From assembly GCA_041613315.1 (NCBI GenBank), contig JBFJHJ010000001.1, positions 64,001-128,000 on the forward strand: a stretch of DNA of 64,000 bases, written 5' to 3'. Numbering within the stretch: the first letter of the stretch is position 1; every line of letters begins with the position of its first letter. Below the pieces are notes generated by a model. It was not told the DNA's origin, did no database searches, and saw only the letters and a list, made by a program, of their open reading frames with translations. A program made the translations under genes and the position numbers. Below, piece by piece: positions 1-8,232 of the stretch. This DNA comes from Gemmatimonadales bacterium. GTDB lineage: Bacteria; Gemmatimonadota; Gemmatimonadetes; Gemmatimonadales; GWC2-71-9.

Positions 1-827
1 TCAAAGCGGCGCTCCTCTCCGTCGCGCCTCCGGGGGCGGAGCGTCCTCGCGCCGTGATTCTGACGCCCGGGCCATACAGCGCCGCGTACTTCGAGCACAG
101 CTTCCTCGCCCGGCGCATGGGCTGCGAGCTCGTCGAGGGGCAAGACCTCTTCGTGCGAGACGATCGGGTCTTCGTCCGCACGACGCGCGGCCCGAGCCCG
201 GTGGACGTGATCTACCGGCGCGTGGACGACGCCTTCCTCGACCCCGAGACCTTCCGCACCGACAGCCTCCTGGGCGTCCCCGGGCTCGTGCGGGTGTACC
301 GCGCCGGTGGGGTGACGATCGCCAACGCCATCGGCAACGGCGTCGCGGATGACAAGGCGATGTATCCCTTCGTGCCCGACATGATCCGTTTCTACCTGGA
401 TGAGGAACCCGTCCTGCAACAGGTGGAGACCTATGTCTGCCACCGGCCGAACGAGCTCGAGTACGTCTTGACGAACCTCGGGAGCCTCGTGGTCAAGGCC
501 GTGGACGAGGCCGGGGGATACGGCATGCTGGTCGGTCCCCAGGCCAGTCGGAAGGCCATTACCGCCATGCGTCGGCGCATCCGGGCGGCCCCGCGGCGCT
601 ACATCGCGCAGCCGCTGGTCGAGCTGTCCACCTGTCCGACGTGGACGGGACGGAGCATGGCGCCGCGCCGCGTAGACCTCCGGCCCTTCGTCGTCTCCGG
701 CCGCGACCGCTGGGTGTTGCCAGGCGGCCTCACCCGCGTCGCGCTTCGCCCAGGATCGTATGTCGTGAACTCGAGCCAGGGCGGCGGGTCCAAAGACACC
801 TGGGTGCTGGAGCCCCGCGACGCATGA
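1..827 (+). CDS. Circularly permuted type 2 ATP-grasp protein (5'-truncated by window edge)
   Basis: Motifs [44 protein letters not shown] and PGGLTRVAL...[15 protein letters not shown]; stop overlaps next ATG (ATGA). Confidence 0.9.
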   Translation, partial: KAALLSVAPPGAERPRAVILTPGPYSAAYFEHSFLARRMGCELVEGQDLFVRDDRVFVRTTRGPSPVDVIYRRVDDAFLDPETFRTDSLLGVPGLVRVYRAGGVTIANAIGNGVADDKAMYPFVPDMIRFYLDEEPVLQQVETYVCHRPNELEYVLTNLGSLVVKAVDEAGGYGMLVGPQASRKAITAMRRRIRAAPRRYIAQPLVELSTCPTWTGRSMAPRRVDLRPFVVSGRDRWVLPGGLTRVALRPGSYVVNSSQGGGSKDTWVLEPRDA

Positions 828-1807
828 TCTCGCGCGTGGCCGAGAGCTGCTTCTGGCTGCACCGGTACATGGAGCGGGTCGAGAACACGGCCCGCATGCT
901 GCAGGTCAACGTCTGGTTCCTGTTGGATGTGGACCTGCCGGTGCTCAATCACTGGCGGCCGGCGCTCATCGTGGCAGGCGAAGACGCTCGGTTTCGGTCC
1001 CTGCACGACGAGTTGGCGGCGGACGACGCGGAGGCGGTGCAGGGGTATCTGGTATGGGACGAACGGAACCCGACGTCCGTCGTGCGCTCCCTCGGCGCGG
1101 CCCGCGAGCACGCGCGGACCATCCGCGACACCATCAGCCTCGAGGCCTGGGCGGCCGTGAACAGCTTCTGGCTGTGGCTGCGGGGCGGGGCGGGGCGGCG
1201 CCTCTACGGCCGGGATCGGCACGCGTTCTACGATCGGGTGCGCGAGTCCTGTTACATGTTCCATGGCGTGTGCGCCGATACCATGCTGTATAACGAGCCG
1301 TTCGACTTCATGCGGTTGGGCATGCTGCTGGAGCGCGCCGGCCAGACGGCCCGGATCCTGGACATCAAGTATCACAACCTCGGGCCGACCCACGCGGACC
1401 GCGAGTCGCCCGCGGAGGCAGCCCAGTGGCTCGCCATCCTCCGCTCGTGCTCCGCCACGGAACCGTTCTTCAAGCGCAGCGTAACGGGCCCGACGGGCCC
1501 GGCGGTCGCCGAATTCCTCCTGTTGGATGTTGTGTTCCCCCGGGCGGTCCTGTATTGCCTCAACCGCGCCTGGCACTTCCTGCAGCGGATCCGCCCCCCG
1601 GCGGAGGTGGAGATCGGTGCGCGCTCCGCCGAGCTGCTCGATAAGCTGGTGCGTCGGCTGCGGACGCAGACCATCGACCGATTGCTCGCGTCGGGGATTC
1701 ACGCCGAGCTCACCACGATGATAGACGGAACGGCGGAGGTGTGTGACGCCGTGGCCGCCGACTACTTCGCAGCCGACCTCGGTCAGGCCGCGGTCCTCGA
1801 CCCGTGA
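824..1807 (+). CDS. Alpha-E domain-containing protein
   Basis: Starts [26 protein letters not shown]; second repeat [17 protein letters not shown] and FPRAV; typical partner of CP-ATP-grasp. Confidence 0.9.
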   Translation: MISRVAESCFWLHRYMERVENTARMLQVNVWFLLDVDLPVLNHWRPALIVAGEDARFRSLHDELAADDAEAVQGYLVWDERNPTSVVRSLGAAREHARTIRDTISLEAWAAVNSFWLWLRGGAGRRLYGRDRHAFYDRVRESCYMFHGVCADTMLYNEPFDFMRLGMLLERAGQTARILDIKYHNLGPTHADRESPAEAAQWLAILRSCSATEPFFKRSVTGPTGPAVAEFLLLDVVFPRAVLYCLNRAWHFLQRIRPPAEVEIGARSAELLDKLVRRLRTQTIDRLLASGIHAELTTMIDGTAEVCDAVAADYFAADLGQAAVLDP

Positions 1808-1832
1808 CCGCCGAGCCTCTCTTGGGGGCGCG

Positions 1833-2759
1833 ATGACCCCAGGCGCATCGACCGCCCAGGTCCTCTCGATCGTCCACGAGACGTGTTACCGATACGAGCG
1901 CCCGGTGCAGCACAGCAGCCACCTGTTCCGGCTCCGGCCCATCCAGGACGCCACCCAGCAGGTGCTGGAGCACACGCTCCAACTCGCGCCGGAGGGCGAG
2001 CGGTGGGAGTCCGAGGACATGTTCGGCAACCACGTGACTCATTTCGAGGTCGCGTCACCGTACACGACGCTGAGGATCGCGAGCCGTGCTCGGGTGCGGG
2101 TGCTGGCGCTCCCAGCTCTCGATCCGGCCGCCTCCCCGACGCGCCTCCTGGTCCCGTTGGCTTGGGATCGCGCCGCTCGCGAGCCGATGATGCCGTACCT
2201 GGCGCAGCCCGACCTTCCGCCCGCCCACCTGCGAGAGCTCGTCCAATACGCGATGGGTGTCGCGGAGCGGAACGACTACGACCTCACGGCTACCCTGCTC
2301 GACCTGACCAAGACGATCCAGCGGGATTACCAGTATGAGAAGGGCGCCACGAGCGTCGAGACGACGGCCTACGAGGCCTACGTGCAGCGACGCGGCGTGT
2401 GCCAGGACTTTGCCAACCTGCTGATCTGTTTCGCGCGCGGACTCGAGATCCCGGCCCGCTACCGGGTGGGCTACATCTGCACGGGCGGCGACTACGAGCA
2501 TCACCACCAGTCGGAGGCGTCACATGCCTGGGTCGAATGCTACGTCCCCTGGCATGGCTGGCGCGGGTTCGATCCCACCAACGGGTGCCTCACGGGCGTG
2601 GATCACGTGCGCGTGGCGGCGGGCCGCAACTATCGCGACGCGACGCCGACCTCGGGCACGATTCACGCCGGCGGCGGCGGCGAAGTCCTGGAAGTCTCGG
2701 TGCGGGTTGAACGACGCGAGGAGCGCCCGGCGGAGACCGGCGCCCGAAAGAGCCGCTGA
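1833..2759 (+). CDS. Transglutaminase family protein with bacterial N-terminal domain
   Basis: IVHETCYRY...HLFRLRP N-domain; catalytic triad motifs GVCQDF, SHAWVE, FDPTN; GRNYRDATP. Confidence 0.9.
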   Translation: MTPGASTAQVLSIVHETCYRYERPVQHSSHLFRLRPIQDATQQVLEHTLQLAPEGERWESEDMFGNHVTHFEVASPYTTLRIASRARVRVLALPALDPAASPTRLLVPLAWDRAAREPMMPYLAQPDLPPAHLRELVQYAMGVAERNDYDLTATLLDLTKTIQRDYQYEKGATSVETTAYEAYVQRRGVCQDFANLLICFARGLEIPARYRVGYICTGGDYEHHHQSEASHAWVECYVPWHGWRGFDPTNGCLTGVDHVRVAAGRNYRDATPTSGTIHAGGGGEVLEVSVRVERREERPAETGARKSR

Positions 2760-2842
2760 CCGCCGTGCGACCGCACAGCGAAGCGCCGCGGCGGTGACGG
2801 CCGCGGCGCTCGTTGCTGCGGGAGACTGCTGGTCCTCGGGCG

Positions 2843-3235
2843 CTAGAAGCTCACGTGGGCCGACACTCGATAGATTCGCGCGGCGGCGCCGAGCCCCGGC
2901 ATCAGCCGGTCGAGCATGCGGCGCTCCGTCCGCGATGGGGTGACGGACGCGAGCAGAGTTGCCACGCCGACCGTCATGGGGACGCGGTCGGCCACGGTTG
3001 CGAACGACGCCACGAGGTCCGGCAGGGGCGCGGGCGCCTCAATGGGCAAGAGGTCCGGCCCCTCGGCCTCGGCGCGTGCCGCCGCCGCCCAGAGCGGCGA
3101 CGCGGCCACGGACCGCCCGGGCTCGGCCACGCGGATGCTCGCGAGCCCCTGGGCCGCCGCCGGGCGCATGACGCCCTGACCGGCGCACAGCGCGCCGATC
3201 GCAGCCAGGAAACAGAGCGTCCGGAAGTCGGTCAT
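2843..3235 (-). CDS. Hypothetical secreted protein
   Basis: Signal-peptide-like N-terminus ending AAA-Q; no recognised domain. Confidence 0.45.
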   Translation of the reverse strand: MTDFRTLCFLAAIGALCAGQGVMRPAAAQGLASIRVAEPGRSVAASPLWAAAARAEAEGPDLLPIEAPAPLPDLVASFATVADRVPMTVGVATLLASVTPSRTERRMLDRLMPGLGAAARIYRVSAHVSF

Positions 3236-3433
3236 CGTCAGGTCCAGGGACTAAGCGGGTGGTCTGTGCCGATCCAAGGTGCTGGAGACCCGCCGCGGAC
3301 GCCGTGTGGCCGGTCACCGGGCAGACGTGAGGGGGCGCGGAACGGGCTATCTCACCCATTGGCAGTGGTTTGGATCGCATGGTGGGACATCCGGGAGGGC
3401 TGGATCGGAGTGTCCCCGTGTCGACCGCGCACC

Positions 3434-4141
3434 TCACCCGCGGCGCGCCGCCTCGACCCCGCCGAAGCGCCGCTCGCGCCGCTGGAACTCCGAGACCGCG
3501 AGCGCCAGGTCCGACCGCCGGAAATCGGGCCAGTAGACCTGCGAGAAGTAGAGCTCGGCGTACGCCAGCTCCCACAGGAGGAAATCGGAGATCCGCAGCT
3601 CGCCCGCGGTCCGGACCAGCAGATCTACATCCGGCACCCCGCCGGTGATCTCGTGGTGCATGGCCTGCAGCGCGACGGCGTCGCTCTCGGCCGCCCCGTT
3701 GCCCGAGATGGCGAGGCGGCGCGCAGCCTCGGCGATCGTCCAGCGCGCGCTGTAGTCGATGGCGAGCCTGAGGTGCAGCGTCGTCCCGCCATCGGTGGCG
3801 GCCTCCAGCGCTTCGAGCGCCGCCAGCGCTGAGCGCGGGAGCCGGTCGCGTCGACCGATCGCCGAGGTGCGGACACCGTTGGCGATCAGCTCGTCGCGCT
3901 CGCGTCGGCAGTATTCCCGCAGCAGCCAGAACAGCCGCGTCACTTCGCCCTTCGGTCGCTTCCAGTTGTCGCTCGAGAACGCGTACAGGGTGAGCGTCGT
4001 GACGCCCAGGTCCGGCGCCGCGCGCACGACATCGCGCACGCTTTCCACGCCCGCGAGGTGTCCGCGCCACCGGGGGAGGTTCTGGGCGCGTGCCCAACGG
4101 CCGTTCCCGTCCATGATGACCCCAACATGCAGCCCGCTCAT
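3434..4141 (-). CDS. uppS: cis-prenyltransferase (undecaprenyl/decaprenyl diphosphate synthase family)
   Basis: HVGVIMDGNGRWA, LYAFSSDNWKRP, DLLVRTAGELRISDFLLWELAYAEL, WPDF, RERRFGG. Confidence 0.9.
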   Translation of the reverse strand: MSGLHVGVIMDGNGRWARAQNLPRWRGHLAGVESVRDVVRAAPDLGVTTLTLYAFSSDNWKRPKGEVTRLFWLLREYCRRERDELIANGVRTSAIGRRDRLPRSALAALEALEAATDGGTTLHLRLAIDYSARWTIAEAARRLAISGNGAAESDAVALQAMHHEITGGVPDVDLLVRTAGELRISDFLLWELAYAELYFSQVYWPDFRRSDLALAVSEFQRRERRFGGVEAARRG

Positions 4142-4461
4142 GAGCGCTCCAGCGCGTCCCGGGTCTCGGTCAGAATCGCCTCCATCGCCGCCAGATAGGT
4201 CTCCAGCGCGCGGCGGCCCTTGGGCGTGAGCCGGTACTCGGTCCGAGGTTTTCGGTCCTCGAAGCCCTTGGTCACCTTGATGTATCCTGCCTCCTCCAGC
4301 TTGCGGGCGTGCACGCTCAGGTTCCCGTCGCTGGTCTTCAGGATCTTCTTGAGATCGCCGAAGCTGAGCTGCTCCTCGGCCGCGAGGGCCGCGACGATGC
4401 CGAGCCGGATCCGCTCGTGGATCAGCCGGTCGAGCGTGTCCGAAACCGAGCTACCCGCCAT
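4138..4461 (-). CDS. Winged-helix transcriptional regulator (ArsR/MarR-like, HTH_34 type)
   Basis: LDRLIHERIRLGIV...SFGDLK..L.TSDGNLSVHARKLEEAGYI...PRTEYRLTPKGR; start chosen at ATG 4461. Confidence 0.88.
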   Translation of the reverse strand: MAGSSVSDTLDRLIHERIRLGIVAALAAEEQLSFGDLKKILKTSDGNLSVHARKLEEAGYIKVTKGFEDRKPRTEYRLTPKGRRALETYLAAMEAILTETRDALERS

Positions 4462-5032
4462 GCCGGCCCACGATGTCGAGCCCGACCACGACGTGCAGCC
4501 CCCCGAACCCCGCGCCCAGGAGGAGCAAGCCCAACTCCGGCCGGAGCAGCGCCGCGGCCCCGAGTCCGATGAACGCGATCCCCATCCAGCGGATCGCGCG
4601 CACGGAGAACGTCCCGCCCGCGGTGACGCCGGCACCGTACAACGCCAGCCACGTGCCCGGTAGGAGATGAGTCACACCGCCCTCGGCGAGCGCGTAGGTG
4701 AGGAGCGCGCCGGCCGCGAGCGCCGGCACCATCACCCAGGCCACCTTGCGGAACGCGCCCGACCAGATAGGGACCTCGAGGCGCCGGGCCTTTCGGGCGT
4801 TGGCGACCGTGGCCACGGCGATCGACACCACGGCGGCCGGGATCCAGACGCGAAGATCCGTGGCGCGCCCGCCTCCCCAGGCGAGCCAGGCCGCCAGGAG
4901 TCCGACGGCCCCCACCGCGACGAGCCCCCACCCCGAAACCGCCGTCCAGGTGGACGCCGACTCCATCGTGCGGCGGATGTACGCCAGCGTCTCTTGGGCG
5001 CTCGTATGCTGCTCGTCGGTCGGAATGGTCAC
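4451..5032 (-). CDS. Conserved integral membrane protein (about 6 TM)
   Basis: AQETLAYIRRTMESAS.WTAVSGWG, multiple hydrophobic helices, GFGGLHVVVG; overlaps regulator start; start GTG 5032 inferred. Confidence 0.75.
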   Translation of the reverse strand: MTIPTDEQHTSAQETLAYIRRTMESASTWTAVSGWGLVAVGAVGLLAAWLAWGGGRATDLRVWIPAAVVSIAVATVANARKARRLEVPIWSGAFRKVAWVMVPALAAGALLTYALAEGGVTHLLPGTWLALYGAGVTAGGTFSVRAIRWMGIAFIGLGAAALLRPELGLLLLGAGFGGLHVVVGLDIVGRHGG

Positions 5033-5050
5033 GTCGACCCCCGGGTAGAG

Positions 5051-5092
5051 TACTTTGCGGTATAAAGTATAGTATGGATTGGGGACTTGCAA
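5051..5092 (-). promoter_or_regulatory. Sigma70-type promoter (TTGCAA-17-TACTTT) overlapped by palindromic operator TACTTT-N7-AAAGTA
   Basis: -35 at 5092-5087 and -10 at 5069-5064 on minus strand; inverted repeat 5051-5069; AT-rich island in GC-rich DNA. Confidence 0.65.
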
Positions 5093-5105
5093 AGGGGGGG
5101 CGTGC

Positions 5106-5206
5106 GATTTGGCCGCCCGCCAGCCGTCATCCGGCCCCCCCGGGGGGTCGCTGCGTCGTGGCGCGAGGGCGCGGGCGTCCGGATGAGCGACGGCGGACGG
5201 CCAATC
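5106..5206. repeat. Long imperfect inverted repeat (about 28-bp arms)
   Basis: GATTTGGCCGCCCGCCAGCCGTCATCCGG (5106-5134) vs CCGGATGAGCGACGGCGGACGGCCAATC (5179-5206), just downstream of the S9 peptidase stop. Confidence 0.55.
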
Positions 5207-5214
5207 GTCCGGGG

Positions 5215-7131
5215 CTACTCCGTCGCCGGCTTCGCGCCCTTCAGGTACTTGTCGAGGAACTCCCGGATCGCCCGGTACGCCGTGATCCGGTTGTCTTTCT
5301 TCACGAAGCCGTGGCCTTCGTCGTCGAACACCAGGTACTCCGCCACCCCGCCGCGTGTGCGGATCGCCTCCACGATCTCGTCCGACTCGACCTTGAGTAC
5401 CCGTGGATCGTTCGCGCCCTGGAGCACCATCAGCGGGGCCTTGATCCGCTCAGCGTGGAACAGGGGCGAGATCCGGTGGAGTCGCTCCTGGTCGGTGGCG
5501 GGGTCGCCCATCTCCGTGTAGAGCGCCTCACGGAACGCCTCCCACCAGGGCGGGATGCTCTCCAGGGTCCGCACCCAATTGGAGATGCCGAAGAGATCCA
5601 CGCCCACCGCGAAGGTGTCGGGACGGAACGTGACCCCGGCGAGCGTCATGTAGCCGCCGTAGCTGCCGCCCAGGATCCCCACTTTCTCGATGTCCGCCCA
5701 GGGCTGGTCCTCCAGGTACCGTTTCGCCCACACCACGTCGTCCAGGTCGGCTTCCCCGTGCCGGCGATCGTCCATCGCGAAGAACGTCTTGCCGTAGCCC
5801 GAGCTTCCCCGATTGTTCACCGCCAGGATCGCGTAGCCGTGGTTCGTCAGATACTGCCGGAAGCCACTGTAGCCGAGGCGCGTCTGACCGCCGGGGCCGC
5901 CGTGGATCCACAGCACCACGGGCGCCTTGTGCTGCGCCGCTGCGGTGCGCGGCCGGTAGAGACGCGCGGGGATCTCGACCCCGTCGTAGGAGCGGTAGCG
6001 GACCACCGTGCCGTCCACCAGATCCCCGGGGTCGATCTCCGGGTTCATCGTGTCGGTCAGCCGCCGGACCTGCCCCGACCGGAAATCCAGCACGTGCAGG
6101 TTCGCCGGCGACCGGTCGGCGTCCACGTAGAAGGCCATGAGCCGCTCGCTTGGGGAAAACCGCACGCCGGTGACGTCCCCGTCCGGGATCCGAGGCAGCG
6201 GCACACGGGTGTGAGTCTTGGTCTCGTAGACCCGTATCTCGGTGCGGGCATCGTTGTTCACGCCGACGACCAGGTACGTCCCGCGATCGGACAGGCTCGC
6301 GAACATGATGTCCCAGTCGGCCTGCTCCACCGGCTGCACCGCGCCGGTCGCGAGGTCGCGCCGCGCCAGGTAGCTGAACTCGGAACCCTCGTCGGAGAGG
6401 AAATAGAGCTGCCGCGAGTCCTTGGAGAAGTCGGTGGGTTGGTAATTGATGTCGCCCGTATGGGGGGTGAGATGGACGATCTCGCCCGTCCGGTTGTTGC
6501 GCAGGTACATGTCGCTGTTGTTCGTCGTCACCGGCTTCACCAGCGCCATCCACTGCCGGTCGGGACTGATCGCGCCGACCTGGAACCCCACGGTGTCCCG
6601 GAAGACCGGGCGCGGTTCCATACTGGCGAGACGCATCTCGAAGACGTCAAAGAAGCGCCGGTCCCGCGCGTTCGTGCCATAGAAGAACGACTGGCGGTCG
6701 TCGGCCCAGCCGAAGAAGACCGCCTTGACGCTGTCGCCCGGCGTCAGGTCGCGGACCGTCCCGTCGGGAGCGCGAACATAGAGGTGGCTCTGCTCGTTCC
6801 CGCCGCGGTCGCTTGCGTACAGGATGCGCCGGTCGCCCGGGAAGTAGCCGATGGCGAAAATGGCGTCGCTGTCGGACATCGTGATGCGCCGGAGCGCTCC
6901 GCCGGCGACCGGCACCTCCCACGCGTTGAACACGCCGCTTTGGTCGCTCGACACGAGGATCGTCCGCTCGTCGGGGGCGAAGGAGGCGCCGAACACGGCG
7001 GTCGTGTTCATGAACTGCTCGATCGTGTAGGTCCGAGCTTCGGCGCTCTGCGCCGGAGCGGGCACCGCGGCCGCCGTGGTGGCCATCGCGTACGCGAGGG
7101 TTACCCGGAGTGTTGCCGGTATGCGGCTCAT
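5215..7131 (-). CDS. S9 family (prolyl oligopeptidase/acylaminoacyl) peptidase, secreted
   Basis: Signal peptide, beta-propeller repeats, IHGGPG, GGSYGG nucleophile, QGANDPRV, DEGHGF. Confidence 0.92.
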   Translation of the reverse strand: MSRIPATLRVTLAYAMATTAAAVPAPAQSAEARTYTIEQFMNTTAVFGASFAPDERTILVSSDQSGVFNAWEVPVAGGALRRITMSDSDAIFAIGYFPGDRRILYASDRGGNEQSHLYVRAPDGTVRDLTPGDSVKAVFFGWADDRQSFFYGTNARDRRFFDVFEMRLASMEPRPVFRDTVGFQVGAISPDRQWMALVKPVTTNNSDMYLRNNRTGEIVHLTPHTGDINYQPTDFSKDSRQLYFLSDEGSEFSYLARRDLATGAVQPVEQADWDIMFASLSDRGTYLVVGVNNDARTEIRVYETKTHTRVPLPRIPDGDVTGVRFSPSERLMAFYVDADRSPANLHVLDFRSGQVRRLTDTMNPEIDPGDLVDGTVVRYRSYDGVEIPARLYRPRTAAAQHKAPVVLWIHGGPGGQTRLGYSGFRQYLTNHGYAILAVNNRGSSGYGKTFFAMDDRRHGEADLDDVVWAKRYLEDQPWADIEKVGILGGSYGGYMTLAGVTFRPDTFAVGVDLFGISNWVRTLESIPPWWEAFREALYTEMGDPATDQERLHRISPLFHAERIKAPLMVLQGANDPRVLKVESDEIVEAIRTRGGVAEYLVFDDEGHGFVKKDNRITAYRAIREFLDKYLKGAKPATE

Positions 7132-7184
7132 GACATGCTCCCGAAGTGAGGTCGAAGAGGCGGGGCGGCGCCGGAGGCCGGCCC

Positions 7185-7214
7185 TTGAACGATCCGACGC
7201 GGTCCGATTAGAAT
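7185..7214 (+). promoter_or_regulatory. Putative sigma70 promoter TTGAAC-18-TAGAAT for the ABC operon
   Basis: Hexamers in divergent intergenic region, about 50 nt upstream of ATG 7264. Confidence 0.4.
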
Positions 7215-7263
7215 GTCCTCGGCGAACGCAACGGACGCAACTCCGCCCTTCATCGCACAACGT

Positions 7264-8232
7264 ATGGCGCTGCTGACACTGGACAACGTATCAAAGCGGT
7301 TCGGAGGCGTGGCCGCCGTCGATGGGGTCAGCGTCACCGTGGACCGCGGCGAGGTCGTGGGCTTCCTGGGACCCAACGGGGCCGGCAAGTCCACGACCAT
7401 GCGGCTGATCACGCAGTACTACGAGCCCGACGCCGGCGAGATTCACTTCGACGGGCGCCCGCTGGCCGAGGCGGGGCGCGAGGCGAAGCGCCGCATCGGC
7501 TACCTTCCGGAGAACAACCCGCTCTACACCGACATGTTGGTCGCCGAGTACCTGGAGTTCGCGGCCCGCCTGCGCGGCGTGGCGGGCGCGGCGCGGGTCG
7601 CGGCCGTGGACGACGCGGTGGGCAGCACCGGCATCGCCGAGGTGTACTACCGGCCGATCGGCCAACTGTCCAAGGGCTTCCGGCAGCGAGTCGGTCTCGC
7701 CCAGGCGATCCTCCATCGACCGGACTTGCTCGTGCTCGACGAGCCGACGGAGGGCCTCGATCCCAATCAGCGGATCGAGATCCGTCGGCTCATCAGCGAG
7801 CTCGGCGCGCAGCGGACGGTAATCCTCTCGACCCACGTGCTCCAGGAAGCGCAGCACACATGCTCGCGCCTCCTGGTGATCCACCGGGGGCGCATCGTGG
7901 CGGACGGGCCCGTGGACGAACTCGCCGCCCAGGCGGAGGGGGCCGTGCGCGTGGCGGTCGAGATCGCGGGCGACGGCGTCCGTGAGGGCTTGGCCGCGCT
8001 CGAGGGCGTGCGCACCGTCGACGGCGCCCGCCCCCAGGGTGAGGGACGCGTGGCGCTCACGCTCACCGCGGCCACGATGCCGGACATCCGCCCGGCCGTC
8101 TTCGCCCTCGCGAAGGCTCGGGGATGGACGCTGTACGAGCTCCACCAGGAATCCCGGAGCCTCGAGGAGCTGTTCCGGGAGCTCACCACCGAGGCCGAAG
8201 CACGGCCCGCGCCTGACGGAGCGGCCGCATGA
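7264..8232 (+). CDS. ABC transporter ATP-binding protein (GldA-like)
   Basis: Walker A GPNGAGKST, LSKGFRQRVGLAQ signature, VLDEPT, STH. Confidence 0.92.
   Translation: MALLTLDNVSKRFGGVAAVDGVSVTVDRGEVVGFLGPNGAGKSTTMRLITQYYEPDAGEIHFDGRPLAEAGREAKRRIGYLPENNPLYTDMLVAEYLEFAARLRGVAGAARVAAVDDAVGSTGIAEVYYRPIGQLSKGFRQRVGLAQAILHRPDLLVLDEPTEGLDPNQRIEIRRLISELGAQRTVILSTHVLQEAQHTCSRLLVIHRGRIVADGPVDELAAQAEGAVRVAVEIAGDGVREGLAALEGVRTVDGARPQGEGRVALTLTAATMPDIRPAVFALAKARGWTLYELHQESRSLEELFRELTTEAEARPAPDGAAA

Noticed and set aside
5074..7149. Long alternative-frame ORFs (also 8814-10442, 26434-28152, 37112-39118, 40612-42786, 51822-54125 and others)
   Set aside because: Arg/Gly/Pro-rich shadows expected in very GC-rich DNA; they overlap well-supported genes and show no motifs
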